Positions 36,906 through 48,900 are shown, counted from the first letter of the whole stretch. The stretch is 62,981 bases of DNA, filler included, from Rhizaria sp. SCN 62-66 (GCA_001724265.1; 2 parts of 2 records of this genome joined end to end with filler, not necessarily neighbours in it); one strand, 5' to 3'. Numbers and translations: made by a program. The notes: generated from the letters alone by a model not told the origin.

Positions 36906-39900
36906 ATGTCCGGCTTCCCCGCTCGCCGCCCCGCGTGTCCACTGTGGTCGCAATTTATGGCGGCCATTGTGCTAGCCTTTCTGGGCTTGGCTGGTCTGGC
37001 TGCGGCTCAGAACGGCGCGCACTCGCTCTGCTCAGCAATCACGCGCTGTGACCTGTGCACGACGCCCGTGCCCGCTCGCGGTGTGTCCCCCGTCGCCGAC
37101 GTCGAGACCTGCATGTGGGACAAGGCCGCGCACGCCTGCGTGCCCGCCACGCTGCCGTGGGATCGCGAAGGCCGCTCTTGCGAGGCCCTCTGCAAGGCCG
37201 CTGACCCAACTCTATCGTTCATCCCTTCGCCTCTGTTCCCGACTCTGCAGTGCGAAGCCTCACTGTGTCCCTACGTGCAGCACCGCGAAGTCTGCGCCGC
37301 GCTGTACCCGCACGAGGCCGTCCCGGCGGCTGTGCTGGCGGCCGAGCCTGAGGACCTGCCCGTCGCCGCGGCCGCTGCTGGGGTTGATCCCGCCGACGTC
37401 GCTGATGCCTTGCTACTCGCCGACGCTGAGGACGGTGACTTGGGTGACCCTGATGCCGTGGAGACGCTTGCGCAGATCGCCCGCGAGCAGCGCGCGCTTG
37501 ACACCGTCCCGGACGCGCTGCTCCGCACCTCTGTAATCCAGCAACGGCCGCTGCACATCTCCGCCAACGGCACACAAACCACTTTGCTCGAGGCCGGTGC
37601 AAGCTCGACCGCTGGCACACAGGCGCTGATGTCTCTGTCATCGTCTGCGCGGCTGGCGCTGCTGCAGGCGAGCTCCTCGCAGCTGCTGCTGCGCGCGGCC
37701 CACGCCGCGCATCAGGTCTTGACGAAACTTTTCGCCAAGACACAGGTTGGCGACTGCGCACGGTTCGCCTACGACCACGAAGGTACACTTCAGAAGCCGA
37801 CGAGCTTCGAGTACCAGCTCTCGGTCGCGCGCACCTGCCCCGGAAACATCAAGGGCGGCAAGCTTTCCGGTTGCGCTCAGTCGCACGTGTTTAACGAAGA
37901 GTCTGGCTCGTGCAAGGGCAAGGTCGACAAGTCGCGCATCGTGCGTGCGAGCGCTAAGTACGTCGAGGCCGCTGGTCGCCGCGGCAAGGGCGGTGCGATC
38001 CCGCTCAACCGCGCGTACAAGTGCTTCAACCACCTGACGGACAAATCGAAGCCAACCGCTGCGTCGGCGTGCGCGGCGGGCGCTGGCATCTTCGCGCTCC
38101 TGCAGATGTTGCCCAAGGGTACCGTGATCTCGCACGTCGTCGAGCGCCGCGGCGGTGCGACGCACGAGCAGCCCGCGCGGAACCTGGGACACGTGGGTGA
38201 CGACGAGTATCGCGCGTTCCAGACCCACCACTACGTGCTCATCGGCGTGCCCGGCTCGTCCCCGCAGCCGCAGCACGCCCACCCGGACACGCACATCATC
38301 CTCGACTTCTGGATGGGGCTCGCGGGCGGACCGGAGTACCTCGTGCACCCCGTCCCGGCGCCGCAGAACACGGACCCGTTCTTCCCGGCGTCTGTGCGCG
38401 CGCACTCGAACGCCGCCGCGGCCGTGCACAGCGGCGGCGCCGGGTCCGCCGGTATCTCAGCCCCGCTGCAGCGCGAGGGCCCCGGCCACGGCGACGTGGG
38501 CGTCGTGCCCGCTAAGCCCGCAGCCAAGCCGCCGTCGGGCGTGGGCGCGCTGTTTGGCCGCCGCGTTGTCGCCACGCACGACGTGCACTCGGCTCTCATC
38601 CAGCAAAAGGGGGACGGACTCGTCTGGACAGTCGTCGGTGGCATCCCCAAGAAGTACCCGGTGCCTGCGTGGATGCGCACGCCCGAGAAGAAGGACTCGG
38701 ACGGCAAGCCGGGCAAGGGCAAGGGCATCGACGCCATCAAGTACGGCGCGTCGCCCAACAAGAAGTCCCCCGTGACCAAGGCGTTGGCGTGGTGGGAGCG
38801 GCAAGAGAAGCTGCGCAAGTCCGTCTACGCGCTTCTGCATCCGTTGTCCACGCTGGCGGGCCGCGAGCGCGCGCGCAAGGAATATATCGCGCGCGTCGTC
38901 GCTGCCGAGAACACGCGCCTCGCTGACGAGAAGGACCGCTGGACCAAGCAGTACGCCTACGTCAACAAACAGCTCTCAGACGTCGCCAAATCCCGCTCCG
39001 CCTCGCTGCTCGAAGGCAGTGCGGTCAGTGGGGCGATGGAGGACGCTGCGCTGCGTGCGCGCGCTGAGGAGGCCTGGGCGGCCCACGTGGAGCAGCGGTC
39101 TGTGGCCGTCAACAACGCGCTGGCGCGCCACGCCGCGGCGACCGCGGACCGTGCCCAGTGGGCTGACTGGGCCCGCGCCCCCGCTATGCCTTCTATTCCA
39201 GCTGCTTCGCTTGTTGAGAGTGGCGTCACTGCCAAGAAGGCCGACGCGTCAGTCAACATCGCCTTCGAAGCTGCCGCAGCTGCTGCCACCGCCGCCAAGA
39301 CTTCTGCGACTGCAGCTACTACTGTGACGGCAGCGCCTGCTGCGGTCGAGCCCGCGCCGTACAAGCCTCTGTTGTCGTTTGTCGACATGATCCTCGAGGC
39401 CAGCACCGCCACCCCTGCCGCTCACTCCGCAAACAGCGCGGACGCCGAGGCACAGCGCGATGCGGACGACGTGAACCTCGTGCTGCTGGAGCTGCGCGCG
39501 CTGCTCTCGCAGGCCCCGCTGCGCCCGCCGCTCGCCGCGCTGCGTGAGAAGCTCTCCGCCCGCGGCCGCACTGCCTCCGCCTTTGCTGCCAGTGACGGGC
39601 CCCTGGCGGCCGCGCGCCTGAGCCCGCGCGCGCTCGCGATGCTGTCGCGCCGCGCTTCTGAGGCCATCAAGCTGCGCCCCGACGGCTCCTCGTTCCTCAG
39701 CACGGACGCCGACTCTAACGCCGACGCTGATGCTAGCGCTGAGGCCGATGCTGATGCTGAGAATGAGGGCAGTGCGTACGAGCTGCCGCCTGCGCAGGCC
39801 ACCGCGATCGCGCGCTTCCTCTCCTCGCTCACCCGCCCCGGTACTATGACGGTTGACGCTGCGGCCGCGGTCACGCTGCCGGGCGAGACTGGGCTGGAGC

Positions 39901-41216
39901 TCAACCTGAACCAGCTGCTGTCCGCGACGGAGGCGTCAGAGGACTACGAGGCGCTACAGCTGGGCCTCGACGCTGTGCTGCGCGCGCAGCAGGCCCGCGC
40001 CGAGGCCGTCAATGCGCCTGCCTACTCGAGCGCGGTCTTCGCACCCGACTTCGAGGAAGACGCCGCGTGGGGCCGCCTCAAGTACGCGCTGTGGAGCGAC
40101 CTGGAGCTCGCGCCCGCGCTCTCCGCGCGCCACCCGGGCGCCGCCGCCGACGCCTGGGAGGTCCCGCTGTCGCCGTACCCGCACCTGGGCTCGCTTGACG
40201 ACGACGCCCTCGACGACGCCGCGGTCTCCGTGCCGCGCGCGCTCGCCCGTGTGGCTTTCAACAGCTCAGCGCTCGCGCTCGTCGAGACTGGCGCCGCCGC
40301 GGACGCTGATACCAAGGCCAACGCCAAGGTCGACGCCGCCGAGCGCTACGCCGTGTACATCGATGGCACGCGCTTCGACTTGGCGCCGCTGCTTGTCCCC
40401 GCGCGCGCGCAAGAGGCGGCATCGCTGCCCGAGCGCATGCGTCTGCTGGCCGCCATCGAGGCCACGCGCGCGCACGCGGGCATCCTGCGCCCCGCCGCGC
40501 TGTACTCGGACCGCGACTGGTTGGCCATGCCGTCGCCGCAGGAGCTGGAGGCGCCGCCCGCGGTCCGCGCCGTGTACGCCAAGGCTCGCGCTGAGAAGCG
40601 CGCGCTGGCAGAGGCGGCGGCGATCGAGCACGTGCTCCGCGCCGTCGACGCCGCCGACGTGCCCGGTGTCCAGCGCCGCATCTATGGCCCAGGTCTGCGC
40701 GCCGCACTGCGCCTCGATGGGGTTAGACTCGCGCAGCACGCCGCTGATGTGCGCGCTGAGCTCGAGCGCGTGCTGCCGGCCGCATTCGCGCGCCCCGCGG
40801 CCGTGCCCGCAGTCTCGCTCGTCGACCTGCTCTCCGGCACCGCCACCGAGCACTCGCAGAGCCAAGCTGCGCAGGCCGAGCTGTCTGCGGATGCCGCGGC
40901 CGAGGCCGAGACGGAGGCAGCGATGGAGCTGGCCGCCGACGCCGAGTCGCTCGTGCTGCTGCAAGCCGAGGCCGAGACTGACGCCGAGGCCGAAGCCGCC
41001 GTCGCCGGGTTCGCAGAGATGAAGGCGCAGGCGCGCGCCGCTGTGACAGCGCTTAAGCAGCGCCTGCGCGCGCGCGTGCTTGCGCACCGTGAGGCGGGAC
41101 CGATGCGCGAGTCGCTGCGTGCCGCGGCGGATACGCTGCGCAAGAACGTCCAGAAGGGCACGCTCGTCTCCGATACTGAGGCCGCGGCGCGCGCCTGGCT
41201 CCACGGCGTCGCTTGA
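36906..41216 (+). CDS. Large predicted secreted protein (~1420-1436 aa; ATG at 36906 or 36957) with a Cys-rich N-terminal module
   Basis: Long intronless ORF with GC3-biased codons. Signal-peptide-like MAAIVLAFLGLAGLAAA|Q is followed by a PSI-like C..C..C...CMWD...C pattern. Ends TGA. Confidence 0.82.
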   Translation: MSGFPARRPACPLWSQFMAAIVLAFLGLAGLAAAQNGAHSLCSAITRCDLCTTPVPARGVSPVADVETCMWDKAAHACVPATLPWDREGRSCEALCKAADPTLSFIPSPLFPTLQCEASLCPYVQHREVCAALYPHEAVPAAVLAAEPEDLPVAAAAAGVDPADVADALLLADAEDGDLGDPDAVETLAQIAREQRALDTVPDALLRTSVIQQRPLHISANGTQTTLLEAGASSTAGTQALMSLSSSARLALLQASSSQLLLRAAHAAHQVLTKLFAKTQVGDCARFAYDHEGTLQKPTSFEYQLSVARTCPGNIKGGKLSGCAQSHVFNEESGSCKGKVDKSRIVRASAKYVEAAGRRGKGGAIPLNRAYKCFNHLTDKSKPTAASACAAGAGIFALLQMLPKGTVISHVVERRGGATHEQPARNLGHVGDDEYRAFQTHHYVLIGVPGSSPQPQHAHPDTHIILDFWMGLAGGPEYLVHPVPAPQNTDPFFPASVRAHSNAAAAVHSGGAGSAGISAPLQREGPGHGDVGVVPAKPAAKPPSGVGALFGRRVVATHDVHSALIQQKGDGLVWTVVGGIPKKYPVPAWMRTPEKKDSDGKPGKGKGIDAIKYGASPNKKSPVTKALAWWERQEKLRKSVYALLHPLSTLAGRERARKEYIARVVAAENTRLADEKDRWTKQYAYVNKQLSDVAKSRSASLLEGSAVSGAMEDAALRARAEEAWAAHVEQRSVAVNNALARHAAATADRAQWADWARAPAMPSIPAASLVESGVTAKKADASVNIAFEAAAAAATAAKTSATAATTVTAAPAAVEPAPYKPLLSFVDMILEASTATPAAHSANSADAEAQRDADDVNLVLLELRALLSQAPLRPPLAALREKLSARGRTASAFAASDGPLAAARLSPRALAMLSRRASEAIKLRPDGSSFLSTDADSNADADASAEADADAENEGSAYELPPAQATAIARFLSSLTRPGTMTVDAAAAVTLPGETGLELNLNQLLSATEASEDYEALQLGLDAVLRAQQARAEAVNAPAYSSAVFAPDFEEDAAWGRLKYALWSDLELAPALSARHPGAAADAWEVPLSPYPHLGSLDDDALDDAAVSVPRALARVAFNSSALALVETGAAADADTKANAKVDAAERYAVYIDGTRFDLAPLLVPARAQEAASLPERMRLLAAIEATRAHAGILRPAALYSDRDWLAMPSPQELEAPPAVRAVYAKARAEKRALAEAAAIEHVLRAVDAADVPGVQRRIYGPGLRAALRLDGVRLAQHAADVRAELERVLPAAFARPAAVPAVSLVDLLSGTATEHSQSQAAQAELSADAAAEAETEAAMELAADAESLVLLQAEAETDAEAEAAVAGFAEMKAQARAAVTALKQRLRARVLAHREAGPMRESLRAAADTLRKNVQKGTLVSDTEAAARAWLHGVA

Positions 41217-41685
41217 GCGACTGAGTTTGTTGCGTAATGTACGCAATGCGAAGATGAGGGATGATATTGGTTGGAGGATAATGATTATAGGGCCATTGGC
41301 CTTGTGAATCCCAGGAAAACCAAGTTAATACATTTTCAAAATAAATTGTTCAGTTTATTTGTGTAAGACCTTCTTGTTCGTGATCATATTGGAACGCACG
41401 AAATTAGCTTTGAATCGGCTTTGAACCGACCAAGATTGGGTCAACAACAGCGAATAAAAGTTAGAATATGTATGGTTGCTTGTTAGTCATCAAAATGAAA
41501 AACCATATTGTTATAATAAGATTAGAAAACGTTATTGTTAATGTTACTATTATTATCCGGATGATATCATATAATGTAGTGTTTCCTGGCCATACAAGGC
41601 AGAAAACACTCTCACTCGCCAATCACCTTCACACAACAGTCGACATCTTGGTTATCACATTCACCATTGAGGGCGTCGCGTGCGT

Positions 41686-44600
41686 TCAAGCCGAGGGCGG
41701 CATGCCAGCGTCGAGATCAAACAGGTCGTCGTACGTCGTCATCATGCTCGACTGCCCGCTCGCCGCAGTCGCCGGCGCGCCGGGCGTCAGTGCGACCGCG
41801 GGCGATGACGTGGCCACAGGCACGGACACAGGCGCAGTGGCGGAGTCGCTGGAGCCAGACTCGGCAGTGAGCAAGGCGGCGGACAGGCCGGCGGCGAGGT
41901 CGAGGGCAGCAGCGTCGGCCACGGGAGCAGCAGCAGCCGGGGCGGCACCGGGGGCGGCCCCCTGAGCGGCAGCCGCCTTGGGTCCCTTGGGCTTGGGCTT
42001 GGGCGGGTTGTTCGGGGGTGGGCCGCCGCCACCGGCCTTGGCCTTCGGGGGGTTGTTCGGCGGGGGGCCGCCCTTGGCCTTAGGAGGATTGTTGGGCGGC
42101 GGACCGCCTCCGCTCTTAGCCTTCGGGGGATTGTTCGGGGGCGGGCCGCCGCCACTCTTAGGCTTAGCAGCAGCGGCACCGGCCTCGTTGTCGTCGTCGT
42201 CGTTGTCGTCGTCGTCGCCCGCGGGGAGCCCCTTAGCGGCCTTAGCGGCACGCATGTTGCGCTTCTTCTTCTCTTTATGGTAGCGCTTCTTCTGCGAGCC
42301 GGTCATCTCCGAGATATCCATCGCCATGATGATCTCGATATCCTCCTCCGACTGCATGTTCTGCGGCACCACAACCTTATTCTCGACGATCTGCACCACA
42401 AGCACTTCCTCAGCGGCCTCGACGGGTGCGCCGTCTTCATCGTCGCTGCCGTCTCCGTCGCGGCCCTTGCGGCTCACGGCGACGACCTGCGCGACGGCGG
42501 CCGTGGACGCGTTGGGGTCCGCCACGCCGGCCTGGTAGGACGCGAACGCGGACACACACAGCCGCGTAGCGACGCGCAGGAACGGCTCCGACGCGTAAAG
42601 ACCGATGCGGCACGGGAAAAGCGTGGCGCCGGCGTCTGTCTTGGGGCCCAGCGTCGTGGGGCCGAAATCGACGAAATCGTACCCTTGCTCGAGGGCCATG
42701 CGGACTGAACGCATGAGCATGATGAAGTACGCCTTGGCCTTGCGGCCGAGCTGGTGGTCGAGCCCCTGCATGTCGCACGTCATCATGCGCGACCGCGGGA
42801 ACTTGAAAATGACCGAAGAACCAATGGGGCGACCGTCAAGGCGCAGCAGCATCATCATACGGTTCGCAGGGTCCATCTTGGCAACATCGAGGAACATACG
42901 CGGCGTCAGATCGTACAGAGTCGGAAAATCGCCCTGCGCAACGCGGTGGTTCACAATACGCTGCCACAGCTCGAAAAAGTCGTTATTCCACCCGGGGTAC
43001 GACGGCTCGTACTTCTCCTGCACGCTGCCGATCGCGCTCGTGGCCTCGGCCTCGACGCCCGCGGCCGCGTCCAGCGCGGCGCGCACCGCAGCCGAGGTCT
43101 CAGCACCGGCAGCAGGAGCAGGCAAAGAGGCGGCGGTGATGTTGTCGTCGTCGAGCGCGGAGAGCGCGGACTCCCACGCGCCGCCCTGACCGGCACCGGC
43201 ACCCGTGGCGCGGGCCTTGAAGGTCTGAGCGCGCGGGGCCGGGTACGCAGTGTCGTTGTTGTGGTACGGGTTCTTGCCGTGGTAGAACATATCGGGGTAC
43301 TCGACGATCTCCAAGTCACCGTTCTCATCGTCGTCCAGATCGCGCATGGTGTCCATGATGTAGTGGATTGTGCCGCGCATGTCGTAGAAGGCGTTGTCGA
43401 ACTCGCGGCGATTACCCTTCTTGAGCGAGTGCAGATACTGCTTCCACGTCTTGCCCTTGTGCGGACGCAGGTCGACGATCGCCGTATGCGGCAACACCGC
43501 GGACGTGAAGCCGGACTTGGTGGCGTCAAGCGCGCGCGACACGGGCTCGGTGTCCATGGCGGGCAACAGGAACAGCGCTGCCCGCTGCAGCGCAGGCAGG
43601 GTGTTGTTGTACTCGACTGCCGCGCGCAGTGCGTACGTGATCTGCGTTGTAGCGTCAGCACGCCGCGGCCCGCGCGGGTTGCGGTTAACCAGGAACACAC
43701 CGGACGTAAAGGGCCAGTGGAATCCGACGAGCATGAAGCGCACGACGAGCCACTTAAACAGCGAGGACCGGCCGCAGCAAAACGCCAGCGGGCGCACGAA
43801 CCGCGTGAGATCGATGATTTCGACGACAGTGATGAAGATCACAGCCACCGTCTCATCACGGGGCGGGTGCGCTGTGGGCGCCGTGGAGATGCGTGTCGAC
43901 TGCCCGTCGGTGGGCTTGTAGATGTGCAGAGCGAGGCCGCCGATGTCGGGCACGCCGCGGCGCGAGTACGCCTTCATCATTTCGAGCGCGCCGGCGCCGT
44001 CCCACGCGCCGCAGTGGCGGAGGCCGTTGCCGCGGTCGATGGCGGCCGCCCACTGCGCCTTTTGGTCCGCCGACAGCGAGAGCACGTCAAGGACCTCGAC
44101 TGAGAGGCCGGAAGGCAGAGAGCGGGCACCGACGACGCGGGAGACCTGGCGTGAGGTGAAGTAGACGATGGCGACGATGACGCCCAGGATGAGGTTGGCC
44201 TCAATGAGAATCTTGTGGCGTTGCTTCATGTGCGAGTGCGTGACACACCCGGCGATGACGAACACCACAGTCGCCAGGAACGACATCACCATGCCGATGT
44301 CGTAAAAGACAACTGATAAGTCCAGCGCCATGCCGGGGCTGAGGACAATCGTACATACACCGAGGATGAAGCAGATGATAAGCACGATACCCACGCTCTC
44401 AAATCCGATGAAGATCCAGCGGTGCTCGTACGCTGTGTGGACCTGGTTGAGCGCCACGAGCGTGCAGCCGGTCGCGAGGAGGAAAACGCAGATGGTCGTC
44501 ATGAAGCCCCAGGCGGCGGAGCGGCGGCGACCCCACTGCACCGAGAGGTCGCCGTAGATGGCGAAACACAGAGCGATAACGTTGATGATGAGCACGACGA

Positions 44601-45455
44601 CGAAGGCCCAGCGGAAGATGTCGGCCTTGGTCGAGATGGAGCGGCCCTCGGCGCGGTTGATGGTGCCGAAGGAAGAGACAGTCGCGATAGTGAAGGCCAG
44701 ACAGAGGATGATGCCGACGACGTTGATCAGGTAGTGAACTGTGACGGGCGGCACGCACAGACTGGACCGGTTGGCCTCTTCGGCGTCGGAGGAGGAGGAA
44801 CCGGATCTAGGGGGAGCCTTCTGCGACTGGTGCCACAGGATGAGACCGAGGATCGCGTTAATGACGAGGAAGGCGGCGAGGATAGTGATGAAGATCGGCG
44901 TCAGGCCAGCGACAGAGAGCACTTCGTCGAGGGATTTGTTGACTAGGAACATGATCGACGTGGCGAGCAGCGCGATGGACGCGAGCTAGCGAAACGGAGG
45001 GCGGTTATATACAAGTGATGACGACAGAGGGCAAAGGTGAGAAGATATTAGTGCGAATCCGACATGAACACAGGGGCAGTGAAGGGAAGCCGCGGAGAAT
45101 AACGTACCAGGCAGAAGATGTTGCTCCATAGCAGGTGGGAATTGGATGTTTTCAGGGAGAGCTGCGATACAGGGAGACAAATGCATGGTGGAAGAGAAAG
45201 AAAAGCATGTGAGGGGAAGCTTGTCCTGGAAGCACAAAACCAGTCGGCTCGCGGGCGATACGAAAAGTGCACGCAAAAAATGCAGCGGGAGTAGGTGTAG
45301 GAGAAATATGAGCTTGCAAAAATAGTGCGTTTCTTCCATAGACGTACCTCATCGTTTTGGTAGAACTGATGGTCGTTATTGCCCGAGGGCAGCAAGGACT
45401 CATCGTCGTCCATATCATCTTGGCGGCCGTTCATGCGGACTGGAGCCGACCTCAT
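41686..45455 (-). CDS. Multipass membrane protein fused to a FemAB/BioF2-like GNAT domain, ~1153 aa; exons 45455-45348, 45161-45108, 44985-41686
   Basis: Two GTACGT...AG introns (45347-45162, 45107-44986) give an in-frame N-terminus that completes a TM helix (LLWSNIFCL|LASIALLATSIMFLV); about 8-9 TM segments in all. GNAT-type motifs VDL...TWKQYLHSLKKGNRR, LRLDGRPIG, GLDH...YF....R.ALEQGYDFVDFGPT...K...GA. Ends TGA. Confidence 0.85.
41990..42170 (-). repeat. Four tandem copies of a K-x-GG(G)PPPNNPPK peptide
   Basis: KPKSGGGPPPNNPPKAKSGGGPPPNNPPKAKGGPPPNNPPKAKAGGGGPPPNNPPKPKPK. Synonymous differences between copies suggest selection at protein level. Confidence 0.9.
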
Positions 45456-45995
45456 CAAACTCTCTTAGAAAATGTGCAACGTTGACCACAGAAAGCGTTA
45501 GCAATCTGTTATCTGACGAAGAGAGTCGCAAGGAACTCACGCCTCACGACCGCCCCTCATCTTGCCTGCCCGCCTCCCAGTCCCCTTTGCCTACCACACA
45601 CGCACTGGCTAGGTACGTTCAGCCGGTCCAGTGACTGTGAGCAGGGCGGCGTCTCGACCACACATTACCCGTGGTTGATATGTTCCTCTGCATAACCGTT
45701 AAATGAAATATTAGTGCGTTCTTCTGTTAATTCTTTACCGCACCTTTATTATACGCTTTTTATGTTGTTGTATTCTTCTATTTAAGCCCCGATCAGCACC
45801 ATCAAAGTCACGCTTATTGGAGACTCTTCACTGGGTTGAGTACTCCACTTTTGTGATTAATATCTTTGCCTTATTTGCTAGCCTCACAACGTCGCTCGGA
45901 ATATAGCCTACGAACATATCTGCACGGGAGCCGTACTAACACCCGTTCTGCCGATCTTTAAGCACGCGAACTCCGTCTGAGCTCACTCCGGGTCC

Positions 45996-48900
45996 ATGTT
46001 TCGCTCAGGTACGAAGTCACCGATTTTCCCACCCAAAACAGACGAAACTCCTGATCATAGAAATGCAACCAAACTTACTGATTAATTGCGAATGTATCAT
46101 ATCCGTTTTTACTGCGTTTATTGCTCTGCTGTAGATGTGTACGCGCGCCGGCTGACGCACGAGGCGCTGCTCGTACGTCAATTCGAGTACTCCTCGTCTG
46201 CGCCCGTCGTCGCCGTCGGCGGGTGTCTCAACGACGTGACGTTCGTGCACACTGAGACGGGCAACATCCTCTGCTCGAGCGTGGTTAACCCGGTGTGCGA
46301 GTCCGCCTACCGTGGCGCCCGCGAGCTCCGCACGATGACCACTGCGTCCAGGCATGCCGTCATGGCACTCGCGCATTATCACACCGCGCCGGACACCACG
46401 CGCACTCTCGTGTGCTCGGCTGACCGCACAGTCGCGCAGATCTCCTTCCACACGCCCGCCGCGCTCGCGCTTGCACAGGACCCGACCCTGGCCTACTCCG
46501 CGGGCGCCTGCGCCGATGCCGTCAACGAAGGCATTTACCAGCGGCACACGGTGTGCGTGCTCAATACGGGCGGACTACCCACGTCGCTGGCCGTGAGCTG
46601 CGACAACGCGCTCTTTTCCGCTTGCGCGGGCTCCGAGTTCTCTCTTCACGACGCGCTGACGGGAGCGACTGTGCGCCGCTACACAGCGCCGCACAACGGC
46701 AACACTGTCAACATCACGCGTTTCGCCAACACAATGCCCTCCGTCTTCGCATCGTGCTCGCTCGAGCGCACCGTCGCGCTCTGGGACGCGCGCGTGCAGA
46801 GTCCAACGCCCGTGCTCACCATCAACAGCGCAGAAGAGAACATTGTATTATCCTTCTCGCCCGACGACTCGCGGCTGTTGATCTCCGGCGCCGCCAACTC
46901 AGTCTGGCAAGTGTCCACGCTCACAGGCGCGTTCCACTCCGAGGTCGAGCTCCCCTTCGGTGACGCCCCCCGCGCGCGCTTCTACACGCGCGCCTACTAC
47001 GGCAACGGCGGCGAGACGATCGTAACGGGCGCCTCTGAGTCCGATCTGCTCTCCGTGGCCGACGCCGACACGGGCGCACTCATCGACTGCGTGCGGCTCG
47101 CGCCCGCCGCGCAGTCCGGCGCGCTGCATGTCCAGTCTCTGCGCGCAAACCCACTGCGGCGCAACCGGGCCGCGACGATCCTCATCACGGCAGGTGCGGT
47201 GCAGTCCGCTGAGCTGTTCGAGATCGATCTCGCGCGCGGCACTGCCGACGCGATTGCAGAGGCGCATGATGCCTTCCGCGCGGCCGTGCACGACGGGCTT
47301 GCGCTCGCACGGTCAGACTTACTGGCACAGACCGAGATTCAGTCTCAGACTGGGAGTGGGATTCCAACTGGGAGTCAGACCGGGACTCAGATTGGGATTC
47401 CGACTGTGCCGAGTCAGTCGTCGCTGTCACCATCGTCTTCGCGCTCCAGCAGCAGCAGCAGCAACAGTAGCAGGAGTAGTGCAAAGAATAAGACTCTTGC
47501 GATGACTGACAACGACAACGACGACGATATCGAAGACTTCTATGAGTGCGTTAGCGCCGCCGCCGCTCCCCCTGCCGTCGAATCCCCCGCATCAGCGTCC
47601 ACCGCATCGCCGGTGTCCGCACCGACTGTATTTTCGCCCAATGTGCAGCGCGACTGGCAAGCGCGGCTGGCGCGTGAGTGCCGCCCCCTCGCCTTGGCAG
47701 AGCCGCCCATCATGCCTGCAGACGTGCTCCGCGCCACCGAATCCGTCTCCGCCGCCATCGCCGCAGCCACCGCTGCTGCAGCGGATGCGGATGCTGGTGC
47801 GACGGCCACTGGGGGTGAGAACGTCGCTGCAGCGTCGTTGTCAGAGCTCGACAACGCGTGCCGCGGCGTTCACGTTCTGGAGAAGCTTCTTCTGCAGCGG
47901 CTTGTGCTGTCGACCCTCGCTGACACGGGCGTGCCGCGGCCCACGCGCGCCGAAGTCGCCGCCGCGCTGCCGCTGTCGTCGCCGCCACTGCGCGCGCCCG
48001 AGCTCGCGCGGCAGTCGTCCCTGCTCAGCAACGCGTTTGCGGCCGCGGACGACGTCGCCGCCGAGGCTGCGGCGGGCCGGCGCGCGCCGGGACAGGGCCT
48101 GCTCGGCGTGTCACGCAGCGCACGCAATGCGCTGGCCAGCGGGGCGGTGGCCGCGGTGACGCCGACGCACGAGGACACGGCGGGCGCGCTGCCCGAGAAT
48201 GGGCGCCACGAGATGACCCCTGCGAGCGCGCTGCTCGACGCCGCGCGGTGCCGCCGTGTGACCGACGAAGCCGCGGCCGCCGCGCTCGCCGCGGCCGCCG
48301 CGCAGGCCACCGCGCCCGACACACCCGCGGCCGCGGCCGCGGCCGCCACCGCGCTCCTGGCCGCTCCTGCGGAGACGACGGTGGCCCGCAATGCGCTCGC
48401 GCCGCAGCGGATGCTCGCGCCGTGCGACGTCGTGTTCGTAACCGGCGACGACATGCTCGTCACGGGCCACGGGATCGTGCTCGCGGCGGTGTGGCCCCTG
48501 CTTGCGCGCGCCCTCGACGCGGTCGCCGACGATGACGCTCCCCATGCTTCCCCCGCCCCCACTGCTCCCGCTATGAGTGACACCGAGACTGTGGCTCAGG
48601 CTCGGCCTCAGACGCAGACTGCGCACTCTCCACTGCCGACGCTGCGCGAGGCCCTAGTGTCCCAGGGCGACGCGCTCCGCTCGTTCCCGGGCTTCGACGG
48701 CGGCCGCGCGCGCGCGCGGGCGGCGTTAGCGGCGCACCCGTTAGCGGCGCATCCCGCGGGCAGCGTGGCGGGTGCACGGCTTGAGAACCGCCTTGTACAA
48801 CAACTGCGCTGGCTCGCCCGCCTCGGCGCTACTCGTATCGACTCTAAAACGCGCCCTCACGCACGCGTTAATAGCGCGCAGCAGTGGCCACAGGTGCGCG

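Noticed and set aside
44986-44988. In-frame TAG between ORFs 44986..45339 and 41686..44952, an apparent fifth read-through site
   Set aside because: It is the 3' acceptor of intron 45107-44986 (GTACGT donor, pyrimidine tract). Splicing gives a clean TM helix.
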